NCBI GenBank assembly: GCA_964035545.1
Contig: OZ037772.1
Location: 11,530,818 to 11,594,817 of the forward strand
Origin: Bugula neritina
Lineage: Eukaryota; Animalia; Bryozoa
Length of the DNA: 64,000 nucleotides
Reading direction: 5' to 3'
Position numbers and translations under genes: made by a program
The notes under the pieces: model-generated
Databases searched by the model: none
What the model was told of the DNA's origin: nothing
What the model saw: only the letters and a program-made list of their open reading frames with translations
Shown here: one piece after another, positions 43,201 through 54,277 of the stretch
Numbering within the stretch: the first letter of the stretch is position 1
How the letters are laid out: the number at the start of each line of letters is the position of its first letter

Positions 43201-46200
43201 AAACATCCCTAATTGATTTTTCCGGCAATAAATCCATAATTTTTATTGGAGATAGTACGATATATATTATACTCATGTACACAGTACTTTATGATCAAAG
43301 CAATCAATATATCCCAGCATGCCACTACTACTACTATCATAACTCACTTTACAGTGTCCCTGTGGTCCTGCAGTAGCACTCCTTTCTCTAGCAGAGACTG
43401 TTTCTTGGCCGTCATGACGAAATAGTGAGTGTCGTCTTTATAGTAGACTATGTTCTCCAGGTCTATGCCAGTCTCTGCCTTCAGATCCTGAACACACATA
43501 GACATAGACATCAAGTGATGGGTTTAGAAACTTTGAGAAACAGTAAATAGACTCGACACGTTACAGACAAGATGACAGAAAAAAGACAGAGGGGAAGACA
43601 GACAAACACACAGGAAAATGGAAGGACAATCAGATAGACATAAAAGATGAAAAGACAGACAGAGAGAAGGAAAGACAAACAGACGAATAAAAGGAGAAAC
43701 AGACAGACACAAAACTAGAAGGACATACAAGCAGACAAAGGAAAAACAGACAGACAGAGAGACGCACAGACAGGCAAACTCAACTTAAAGAACTTCTGGT
43801 TGAATATGAAGGCAACTCCTGAGATTTCCTCCACTCTGGCCTCCTCGGTGGTCTGATGGTTGATAAAGTTGGCTGTTATGGCGATGGCGAGTTTACCCCT
43901 GAACTCCTTGCGGGAGAACCCCTGAAGCGTGTTCCTCTTACCATCCGCTCCTGTAAGTTTATTTATGATATGTAGGACAGGGATTGGCGTGTGTATATAG
44001 ACACAGTGTTATAACATGGTGGCCTAACTATCTTACAGAACAATGTAGCACCAACTGGCCAATCAGAGAGGGTTTTACATGCTGCCCCTACAGGTGAATC
44101 CTGCAAGGAGAGACTTACCGACAACTCATCTGGCAAACACCTGCTAATCTGTGTTGACATGCACCAACAGGTGCTCTGAATATACTAATTGCTTAGACAT
44201 CATATTACAATATTACTTCTAGTAAATGGTACTTTATATTAAGTACTGCTATTATATTACTATATCACAATAGCGTTTTTATACTAATTTCTTACACTTT
44301 ATATTACCATATTATTATTATAATTTGTTATTATATTACTATGTTATTATATTACCATTTTATTATATTAAAAATTTACGATATTACTATATCATTATAT
44401 TAATATGGTATTATATTACAATTTTATTACAATACTATATTACTATGGTATTATATTAATATGTTATTATATTACCAGTTCATTAAATTACTATGTTATT
44501 ATTTATTATATTACTGTATTATTATATTATTATATTACTCTAACTACAACACTGAATATCACCAACTGATTCTCTCTCACCAATGAGCACATCAAAGTCA
44601 TAGCAGGAAACTGGGTGGTCGGGTGGGGACACTTTAGCCCTCCAACCTCTCTGCTCCGCATTTCCTGGCTCTCCGCTAACCTCAGGAGATGGTTCCTGCA
44701 GATCTTCATACCCCACATTAGTGTAAATCTGCAGAGAAATATAAGCAAATACTACGAGTATGACTAGTAAAATATAGGCACAACAGGGAGTTATCTTTCC
44801 AAATGGGTTCAGCAAACTTTTCTCGGAGCATTGATAGCAGAATAAAAAGAGCTCGATGCAAAATAAATTCTAATGAAAGATTTACAGAAATTCTTGAATA
44901 AATTCTCAATTTCTAAACTATAACAAGCTTTGTGTTTTTAATTCTGTATATAAAGTATACAATATACAGAGGTACTAATAATCACTAGACATATGTGACG
45001 CTATGCTTTACTTTCCACTTATACAGAAATATAACAGTGTCACGTGACTCGGAAAGCATTACTGAACGTACCTCCACACCCAAGAGTAGGCATATCTTCA
45101 TGAGGACACACTGGAGTTGTCTAATACTGATATGGTCAATAGAACCTGTCAACAGTACAGTAAATATTATTATATGGTAAATTAATATACAGTAAAGAGA
45201 TCTTGCACCATTTACCATACTCTAGTGCTGACAGACTATAAACTTGACAGTTCAACATCCTAACATCAACGTTGCAGCAAACTCAAAAATTTAGAGTTTT
45301 AGATGACAACTCCAAATTAAACAAGGAAAAACTCTGTCAAAGTTCAACAGTCAACATGAATGCAAAAGAAAGGATGATATTTCAACTGCAGTAAATAACG
45401 CATAGAAATCAGTATTCTTACCTGCACAGAACTTTGGGTAAAACACTTTGGCACCGAGAGATTTGAGATCGTGTATGACAAACGGCCAGAGGTGAAGGAC
45501 GTTATTACGGGAGAACCTGTCTCTCTTCTCCACCACCACCACCCTGGCGCCGAGCAGCTTGCACTCTATGGCAGCCCTGAGGCCGCAGGGTCCGGCGCCG
45601 ATCACCAGCACTCTGGTGGTGGCGCACGCCTTGTGTCCCGCATACTCTCTGTGGTTGAATCTCTTGTCTAGTCTGGTCCAGAGGGAGTTGGCCTTCCAGC
45701 TAGTTAGCTTAGCTGTAACAGTAGAGAGAGTAGTATATAGTAGACAGAGTAGTGTACAGTAGACAGAGTAGTGTACAGTAGACAGAGTAGTGAGTAGACA
45801 GAGTAGTGTACAGTAGACAGAGTAGTGTAGAGTAGACAGAGTAGTGTAGAGTAGACAGAGTAGTGTAGAGTAGACAGAGTAGTGTACAGTAGACAGAGTA
45901 GTGTAGAGTAGACAGAGTAGTGTAGAGTAGACAGAGTAGTGTAGAGTAGACAGAGTAGTGTAGAGTAGACAGAGTAGTGTAGAGTAGACAGAGTAGTGTA
46001 GAGTAGACAGAGTAGTATATAGTAGACAGAGCAGTGTAGAGTAGACAGAGTAGTGTACAGTAGACAGGGAGGGCAACTCCTGTACTATTATAGCTGACAT
46101 GATCTACACTCTACAGTAATGGGGCTGCCACACTACAGTCAAAACAGCCATCTTGAACGCGTTTTCGAGGCTAAGCGATGACCTCTGTGACGTCACAACT

Positions 46201-48231
46201 GTCTGATTTCTGAACGCAACTGTCAGTTTTTAGCGATGCGATGAAAGTTCGACATGTTGAACTGTCATCGCTGAAGTTGGCGATCAGCCAATCACTGACT
46301 GGCCAGGTAAACCCTGATTGGTTAAGTGCTTTTACTTTTTCCACGTGCTACTAGCAAGCATTATTATTTGATTTGGTTCTTCGAAAATTATATTATTTTA
46401 CTTTTAAAATAATTATGATGAAGTTATGTATGAAAGTTTCAATAAATCATGAAAATAAGTATTTATTAGATAAATTTTGCTGAATTTTATCTGCATATTT
46501 AGTTTTTCTAATTTGGTTGAATTTTATTAGCGTACTATTTAGTTCTTTAGGCTAGTGAATGAGCTTGAATAAAACTAAGTAATCTCATTAAATAAAGCTA
46601 GTAATTTTGAATAATTGAAGCTAGTAAATTAGAATAAAAATAACTAGAAAATCTTATTAAATTATGCTAGTAAATCTCAAAAAATTGCGCTAAATTTAAT
46701 TGTTGGTTACTGTGGATACTGCAGAAACTGATTTATGGCATTCCTATTGGTTTAAAAGTTTACTGCGAGACTAGAGACAGTTAGCTTTCATCGTTCGTAG
46801 TGAACTGTAGTGTGACCAGCAAAAAGTAGGACGTGACGTTGAAGGTATGAGCGAGCAGCTTCAAAATGGCCGCCACAGTCGAGTTTCGACTGTAGTGTGT
46901 CATGGGCATAAGACAGGGTGCACCCCAGTCATGGTGTTTGAATTTTAGCAGCAAGAAGATCATCCAATCAAAACACAGCATACACAACCCTTATGGGGTT
47001 CTCACATAGACAGAGACTTTAAACAAATATGAGTATAACTGAGTAAATAGAAACAATATACCCAGCTGTATATTTCACTCAGTATACAAAGAGTATAATC
47101 ATGAATGTATGAATAATGAGATGAAATATTTCACTTGATACATTACATAATCTCAACTACCACTACACTTGTATACTGTACATGGTTAAACACATCAAGA
47201 TAGTGAATGTTTCAACAGCTACCCTCATTCAAGATTAAACTGACACTTTTCACTCAGATATGCCAAATAAGGAAGACAGTTGAGCAGTGAATTTGTTTAT
47301 CATATCATCACACACTGTCACAATTATACCTGTATGATAACACAGCTACCTGCACACATGCCCTGCACATTGCTCATAGCACTGTGGTGAGGTAATAATG
47401 ACCTTACGACATAACCTCACTTCCAGTGCAACTGCAACGACTATGCCAAATATCCGGGAGCTACCAAAGTAACTCCAGCGACCAACAGAAGTTGGGTTAG
47501 GAATCTCACAGAACAGAGGGTTTGTGAAATCTGTGACATAAGATTGCTTTGTTTTGCATGAAATGTGCTACAGTTACCAGGAAAAGGCACAGGGCCGCTC
47601 ATTGCAGCAGAAACAATATTTCAGGCAAACATTTCAAAAGAAGTGATGATGGCCTTTCAAGAAACATTGTGATGTTGAAACAGAATTTCTGCGCATCTGA
47701 CGTTGATTGTCATCACCACGGTGTTGTGATTTCAGCACGTAGCAATGAGAAGAACCTATTCCCAGCACAATTCTGGCTACAGAACTGAACATTCTCAAAA
47801 AAGTAAAATAGTACAACCTTTCTATATATGCTATTAGAATAGGACTTCAAGTCTATAACCAGAAGCATGGAGGCAGCGAAATGTATCACAATACTTCATT
47901 TGAGTGCGACTACACATTCTTGCATAGAATTGCTTCTACTGAGGTGTCATACAACTAGCCTACTGACTAAAGTGTCATACAATTACTGACTAAGGTGTCA
48001 TACAGCTACAGACTAAAGTGTCAAACAACTACTGACTAGGGTGTCACACAGTTACTGGCTAGGGTGTCACTCACATTTCAAGGTCTGATAGAACCACTCC
48101 TCGTCAGTTGGATGGATGTCGAGGGAGTCACACAGATGCTGGAAGGAAGTGAGAATGGCCTGACACGTACCAGCCGCAACAAATTGGTCGTAGAGGGCGG
48201 AGGCCTCTGCTGATTGGTCCCCTATAGTCAT
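17638..48231 (-). CDS. MICAL: MICAL F-actin monooxygenase (MO-CH-LIM-low complexity-bMERB), >30 exons
   Basis: Exons on - strand. MO domain: 48231-48075 (MTIGDQ..), 45712-45422 ([22 protein letters not shown]), 45145-45072, 44728-44581, 43950-43784, 43487-43348 ([23 protein letters not shown]), 42905-42785, 42649-42517 ([11 protein letters not shown]), 42148-41959 (GSGCARGF). CH: 41853-41658, 41218-41053, 40576-40457. Linker: 40238-40143, 39782-39684, 39210-39008, 38656-38533, 36831-36677. LIM: 36402-36212, 35764-35560 (CYFC..H..C..C..C..CDQH). Low-complexity: 35086-34964, 34246-~34095, 33988-33840, 33495-33364, 33031-32883, 32549-32370, 31801-31691, 25990-25922, 24666-24190, 23485-23261, ~22652-22572. 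bMERB: 20829-20636, 20343-20259, 19813-19681, 19538-19439, 17826-17638 ([46 protein letters not shown]). The low-complexity exons are less certain. Confidence 0.95.
18745..18885. repeat. ~55-bp tandem repeat (2-3 copies) in a MICAL intron
   Basis: taaagtacacgcccacaccctgtgatagcctgct...gattggttgttggtg repeated. Confidence 0.85.
20428..20625. repeat. 29-bp minisatellite, ~7 copies
   Basis: Unit ctgacagaaagggagacaactccttagag fills most of a 292-nt MICAL intron. Confidence 0.95.
21994..22020 (-). CDS. MICAL: Candidate 27-nt MICAL microexon (DTDDDMYVT)
   Basis: TGTAATAG|AT ACT GAT GAT GAT ATG TAC GTC ACA G|GTAAG, phase 1-1, matching the flanking exons. Confidence 0.6.
23785..24161. repeat. ~16-bp minisatellite (gtatattagtgagtca), ~20 copies
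   Basis: Direct tandem units with gtga/gtca insertions, starting ~30 nt from the donor at 24189. Confidence 0.95.
25559..25579 (-). CDS. MICAL: Candidate 21-nt MICAL microexon (xPLHINT)
   Basis: CTCTTGTAG|CC CCT CTG CAT ATC AAC ACT G|GTAAGT, phase 1-1. Confidence 0.5.
27870..28500 (+). pseudogene. Possible heavily degraded C-terminal remnant of a Kolobok transposase
   Basis: Fragmentary, stop- and frameshift-riddled translations (TLYASK..CNISW..DNY..RVKFL, YSPSAA*MR, LAVITL*H) loosely recall the Kolobok transposase C-terminal motifs. Orientation is convergent with KolX, as expected. Confidence 0.3.
29075..29683 (-). pseudogene. KolX (P2X7 C-terminal-like Cys-rich) pseudogene with spliceosomal introns
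   Basis: Exon 29683-29463: [52 protein letters not shown]. Exon from 29220: [38 protein letters not shown]. These match the KolX pattern WCxC..ExxCC..CxTxHPGF..YR..W..R.P.PxC..FP. In-frame stops and frameshifts are present. Confidence 0.7.
31647..31706 (-). repeat. 27-bp tandem duplication of a MICAL exon end plus donor
   Basis: Minus strand: CATCACCATAGTAATG|GTTAGTAAACA CATCACCATGGTAACG|GTTAGTAAAC. Confidence 0.85.
33211..33370 (-). repeat. 23-bp minisatellite (~7 copies) containing a MICAL splice donor
   Basis: Minus-strand unit ACCTCACA|GTAAGTGATGATGTC; the first copy is the real exon end at 33364. Confidence 0.9.
33530..33600. repeat. 15-bp tandem repeat (gtaatacaggtgtaa)
   Basis: 4-5 direct copies just upstream of an acceptor. 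Confidence 0.85.
34798..34986 (-). repeat. ~43-bp minisatellite (~4 copies) containing a MICAL splice donor
   Basis: Minus-strand unit CTCTGTCACCTACAGCAGAGCAG|GTACTGTATAGTATATGTAG; the first copy is the real exon end at 34964. Confidence 0.9.
37217..37278. repeat. (TA)n microsatellite
   Basis: ~30 TA units with one interruption. Confidence 0.97.
38251..38265 (-). CDS. MICAL: Candidate 15-nt MICAL microexon (DSWIQ)
   Basis: TCTTTTATGTATTTCATATTCAG|AT TCC TGG ATA CAA G|GTAAAG, phase 1-1. Confidence 0.5.
39976..39999 (-). CDS. MICAL: Candidate 24-nt MICAL microexon (EVDEDSLS)
   Basis: TCTTGTGTTCAG|AG GTA GAT GAG GAT AGT TTG TCA G|GTAGG, phase 1-1. Confidence 0.5.
45720..46066. repeat. 19-bp minisatellite (gtagacagagtagtgtaga), ~17 copies
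   Basis: Abuts the acceptor at 45713. It produces the spurious repetitive N-terminus of ORF 45351-46100. Confidence 0.95.
46121..46907. mobile_element. Probable non-autonomous TIR element (MITE, possibly PIF/Harbinger-like), ~790 bp
   Basis: CACACTACAGTCAAAAC (46129-46145) versus the reverse complement of 46883-46899, CACACTACAGTCGAAAC. Subterminal inverted pair GCCATCTTGAA / TTCAAAATGGC. AT-rich non-coding core. A second TIR-like copy lies at ~46805-46820. Confidence 0.55.
47938..48074. repeat. ~23-bp degenerate tandem repeat starting at the first MICAL coding donor
   Basis: Units actgactarggtgtcayacaryt, ~6 copies. Confidence 0.85.
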
Positions 48232-49459
48232 GATGTCATAGGCGATTCACCAATAAACTGTCAGCTCACATGGTTCCTGTATAATTACAATATATATTAT
48301 ACATATGACTAACTAAAACCATGTATGAAAATGATTTCTTTTTGATCTAGAACTGTAGCTATATACATAGCACTGGTTCTAACAGAAATTGGTAAAATAA
48401 GGAGTTAAAATACATTCCTGACCCAAACATTAAACCAAAATCTCTAAACCCCAAGCTAAGGAAGAACCTAGATGTCTGAACCCTGCAACTAACTCCTGAC
48501 TGATCCTAGTTGAGATGCACAGCTATGTCTGCTGCCACAACTGCTGACACACCTGGTATGCGGAGTTGTGACAGCGGGTATTGACATACAGCTGGTACAT
48601 GTACTGCAGACTGGAATAGCTGAAATACCTACTTACTATATAGGAGTAGGTATACAGACCTTCTTCAGTCAAGATACCATGTTGACTTACATAACATCTC
48701 AACCAACACAAAATGTCATTCACACTGAACAAGATTCTAGATTAGCAGAGAAGTTGAAACAGTTTACTCAACTTTGTGAATACAGCTTCTCTTCTACAGC
48801 TAGTAACATTCAGTCTCAAGTTTAGGGGGGACAATCTCTGAGCATGTGCTGGAACTTGGCAAATAGCTTAAGTTCTCATCTCAACAGAGCAGCGTTTACG
48901 AGGGGACAACCCCCCCTTCTCTTAGCAAGTTTTGCGCGACAGCTATACTGAAGTTATCTACCCTGGAAGTGAGCCAATCAGATTGACAATAAATCAAAGG
49001 TAAGGAGTTCCTAACAAAACTAAACCCCACCATCTCCTAGCATTATACACCACTGTGTAACCCCCTAATGTACATAACCAGGAGCCCATAGATGTTGAGC
49101 TTTTCTCACAAAGCAAAGGCTACCCTACATGGTAGAGGAGAAAACCCCACAACATAGCAGAGCAATAGTTAGCAGCAGTACTTATAGTGTCAAGTGTTGG
49201 TACAAGTATCAGTCATATTTGTATGATTCATTGATTGCCTTCTTATTGCCACTAACTATCACGTCATCATTATGATTGTCTGATTGAATAAATATTGAAC
49301 TAGTTGCTCTGAGTAGGGCTAGAGTGGAGTATTATGACTTGTCCACTGTATGCGTGTGATTGGCTAACATGATTGCATACCTGCAGGGTAATGAAACAAA
49401 TATAAGGGAAAAGTTACATAATTTATTCTTATCAATTCCATAATGAGAAGCTGCCAAAT

Positions 49460-49640
49460 ACCAACACATATCACTACAATCAAAACACAACAATACAACC
49501 AACACACATCACTACAACCAATACACAACACTACAACCAAAACACAACACTACAACAATTACACAAAACTCTATAACTAACACACATCACTATAACACAC
49601 AATACTGTAAGTAATACACAACACTACAACTAATACAGTA
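49460..49640. repeat. Degenerate CA-rich tandem repeat
   Basis: caacactacaaccaataca-like units. Confidence 0.75.
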
Positions 49641-51514
49641 AAAGATGAATAACTGATTTCATACCATTACATGTAGTCTAAAGGTTAGAAGGCCTCAAAG
49701 TGATGTATGTGAAAGTTTTAGAGTTGGTAATAATAATGGATGAGTAAAAAGTAATCCATTAACCTGGGAACACACACTGGGAGAGAGTACAGGATTTTAG
49801 TGTCTAATAGCCCATGTTCTAGTAGCACTAAATAGCATTAGTGGTCAACGCTCTATGAAACAGATAAATCATGTTGTGAACCCAGAACCAGGAATTAGAA
49901 ACCCAAGCTAAGCTACTACCTACAAACACTGACACACATTAACTGAAGTATATGGTAGCTAACTCAGTCTAGAGTGTATATTGTACTACATAGCCATACA
50001 CTTACTTACTATCTAACATCTTATCTGCTACTTAACGACTATCAATGAATAAATGATAGTGAGTAATCAAACATCAGGGAAGTCATGGTATATTTAACTG
50101 TATTATATGCCTTCCCATGACTCATGGATGGCTTAAATACTTACTAATGCCAAGTTAACAAGGAAAATTGGAGTGAAAAGTTGTTTTTATCAGTTTTTGA
50201 GGTAAGTGCAATAACGGGAAATTAAAAAACTATGTTCTAAACGAAGTTATGTTTATCAACCTACAAACTAAAATATATGTCAAACAAATAACTTGAGATA
50301 TTGAAAGTTCTGCCTTGCTACACTGAACTGGGTATAGGAATGGTAGAGGAAGCTGGTAATTAAACACAAAACATTCTATTAATATTCACCAATGAGAAAA
50401 ACAGACATGAAAATATCAATACAGGAGATCTTAACAGCTGCCTAATAGATTACCACTCCTTCTAATGTATAATTATATCTAGTATACATGTCTAAACTAT
50501 TTGGATAATCATGAAGCAGCTCGAACCGTCATAAACTACATAGAAAATGCCTGGATGTATGAACAACCCAATCTCCCTCTCTCAGATGCACTTTCTTTGC
50601 TAAATAACTATAATTTTATATGAATATAGTAATAAAATGGTAAGTCACACGTAAAACATAGTCATAGAACTGTAATAAAAAATTGAAAGAATCTAGTTGC
50701 AAGGATGGCAAAAGAGTAAGTTAGTGAAAAGTTAAATAAATTAATTTAGTTTATGCACTAGAAGTTATAAATGCTATGCCATTGCAAGGTAAAGAATTAC
50801 ACAGTTTAATTTTACTCTTTCAGTACCAATTACTGACAATTCAGGTAAGTTGGGCACCAACTGAATGAGAAATTCTAGTACAAAAGTCTTTACAGAAAAA
50901 CTAAAATATAATTAAGAGAAGTTGTTCTTCGTTAAATACTCACAGTTAGTAGTTCAGTTGAGGGTTAGTATAGGCTACAGTTAAGACTATATCCAGTCAA
51001 ATAATACTAGACTGGAATTAAATGTGTGCAGTGGAATGTGATAGTGTGAGTAAAATTGTGAGATAGTCTAAAAGATTAATAAACTGGATATATTTTTAAT
51101 TTTACTAATTTATGTTTTAAAACACCTATACTGAATCAGATATGAATCAAGTCTGTACTGGTGTACATGGCCATAGCCCATAGTGATAGTGATGTCAGTG
51201 TAAGTGTCACTATGGCCATGGGCTAACAGTAACTATGATAGTCATAGTGATACTGATACTTATACTTATTAGTTATAGGCATAGTGATAGTGATAGTGTC
51301 ACTGACAATCCCATTGACAGACTGAGACAGTCATAGCCAGTGCCCAATAGAATAGGCAATAGCCATAGCCCATAGTGATACGGCAGTGATACTCATACTG
51401 ATAGTTCATAAAGTTAAACTCATACTCATACTGTCATAGCCCATAGCCAATGCCATAAGCATAGGTTAAGCTTTAGAATCTGTAACAACACTAGAACTAG
51501 AAGTAGAACTAGAT

Positions 51515-51672
51515 AGTAGTAGTAATACTAATAGTAATAGTAATACTAATACAGTAATAGTAATACTAATACTAATAGTAATACTAATACAGTAACACTA
51601 ATACTCAGTAATACTCTAATAGTAATAATTATAATAATACTAATAGTAATAGTAATTACTAATTACTAATTA
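51515..51672. repeat. (AGTAAT/ACTAAT)n simple repeat
   Basis: Hexamer repeat run. Confidence 0.85.
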
Positions 51673-53271
51673 GTGATTACACTTAAAGCAGTTTGAAGAA
51701 AAATTACCTTGAAGATAAACGTCAAGTTTGGTCTGCAAAGCAACGGCAATACAAATGACAATGACTGATAACTGTAAGAACTGTAATGCAAAACAAAATA
51801 TATAGAGCGTTCAAAATCAATCTGTAAGTGTAAGTGCACGACACTAGACTAAAATTAGAAATGATTTGTATAATATTGTGCCCGCGTTTCTGGTCATAAC
51901 TTCACACGAATTGTCTAGCCTATAATTAAATGCGTACTGCGGCCCCGCGAATAACAATATCCTCCTTAGAACTTGGGTTAATGCCAGGTGGGCTTTAGTT
52001 GGATAGTTGGACTACTACGTCTACTACTACTAGGCTACGGTTCACTTGTGATCATAATCATAATGATGCATTTAGAAATTTTGCCCGACCACATAAAATG
52101 CACAATGGAAAAACTGAATTTGTGCGAAGCATTTAAAATGACAATAAGTCACAACTAATTATATAAGTATATTTAAGATAATAAATATTAGTATTACTAT
52201 TACTATTAGTTATACTTACAGTTTTTACTTTTTAGTTTTTAGTTATGCACTTAGAGTTATTGTTACTGTTAGTGTTAGTCTTACACTTACAGTTGAACTT
52301 AAAGTTAGTCATTAATAATGTCAATGTTGTAAAGCTTGTACTTTATCTTGCTATTATACTAAATCTTATACTTATAACTACCTAAAAGTAAAAGTAAATT
52401 ATATTTAATATTATCAATTAGTATTACTCATTAGTCATTACGCCTTACGGTGGACTTGAATTTGGTGTGTCAGACTCCAAGTCATTGTGATTGTGTGACA
52501 TACTTCAACTTCTACTTTTAGTGTATTTTATCATTATGATTATCATAATTATAGTAAATTTTGATTGTTATACATTTTAATTTCTTGTAATACTAATAGT
52601 AATAGTGATTGTATTGTTGTAATATCTGTAGCAGAGTAATGCTAAAAATAATAGTAATAATGATTTATCTTTTCTATTGGCATACATAACCTATTAACTA
52701 AATAAACAAATGCCTTTGAAACTTCAGAGTTAAGCGATCAACAATAATTAATATCATAACAAATAGCAATGTGTATAGTTATTTTTGACTATTAGTGCTA
52801 ATTTTATGCTTAATCATAATATTTACAGTCTACTTTATTTTAGTTAATTCAGCTAAAACTTTTTAGGCTTAAGTATTCTAGTTTTTATAATTGGTGTTGA
52901 TTAGAATTATCATGCTTTCTTCTGTGAGGGTCTCGATTTTTGTTTGAGGTTGTTGATATTTTGGTATAAGTTGCGACCACTTGACTGTGTTTGCTAAACA
53001 ATAGTATGCTTTAATATCTATTGGACATGGAACTGGAACAGATGCAAGAGCTAACTTTGGTTAAATCTTGCAAAATATTTTTTTCATTTCACACGATTCT
53101 CTACCACAATAAGATTTTATCTATAGTTTATATATATATATTACATCTCACTCAACTGTCGAAAGCAGGATGTGCATATTGGCTAGTTGAAGTCATTATT
53201 TTTCATGTACAGGTTTGCTTGTTGCTGTAGAATTACACCAGTTCGAAGGTTAGCTTTTCAAGATTCTAGTC

Positions 53272-54234
53272 ATGGAGGAGAGTAGAGAAGTATGGAAGAG
53301 CCTCTCTCTTACACATGTGCAATACTTAGAAGGTAAAATATTCTTTGCTTCATTTTAAGCCTTTTTATGAACTTTTTCCGCTTGTTTCAGATTATAAGTA
53401 CCAGTATTCTAGATAGAGTTGATGTTTTAGGGGTTGGCTCAGTGGGTTGGGTTACAAGATGACATTTTACCTATTGTTCTGATCATTACAACATTGTAAC
53501 TGAGACTGTATTCAATAACATTTATACTCAAAGAGTTGTGGTCACTTTATCTCAAGCAGTAGCTGGAGTAAACACAGAATCTAACCATAGGCAATTGTAA
53601 CATTCAACATGTTCTTTCCCATGCTACAAAACAAGGGGAAATAACTATGCTGTGGTCTCTGATATATGGCAGCAAAGCTGTTTAAAATAGACTTTCGGTA
53701 CATTACATGCTCGACCGGTGCTCTGTACTGCAGACATGCCTAGACAGGTGCTCTGTACTGCAGACATGTCTAGACAAGTGCTCTGTACTGCAGACATGTC
53801 TAGACAGGTGCTCTGTACTACAGACATGTCTAGACAGGTGATCTGTACTGCAGTCATGTCTAGACAGGTGCTCTGTACTGCAGACATGTCTAGACAGGTG
53901 CTCTGTACTGCAGACATGTCTAGGCAGGTGCTCTTTTTGATAGACTAAGAGTGAATGTTTTAAGTTGTTGCTCACAAATAATAATTACTTGCCACAGTGA
54001 ACAGTGTTGTCCTGCTACAATGTGTTGTTTTCCTTTAGGTGATGTCATTGGCTTTATCTTGGCATGGAGTAGCATGTTACCTATATTTATATTCGTTTCC
54101 ATAGTAACACTAGTTCTATTTAGAAGAGATTTGCACACTGTAAGTATGTAGTTATAATATACTCATTCTTGTAGACTTCATATTTATATTATGAAAAATG
54201 TTTTCTGGAAGTGTACTGCTACTACTGCTACTGG

Positions 54235-54277
<43 letters not shown>

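Noticed and set aside
45713-46100. Repetitive N-terminal extension of the 249-aa ORF
   Set aside because: It is an intronic minisatellite. The real exon begins at 45712 and is in phase with exon 48231-48075.
53717-53934. CRISPR-like array of 30-bp palindromic repeats
   Set aside because: Units are contiguous with no unique spacers, they sit in a eukaryotic intron, and there are no cas genes.
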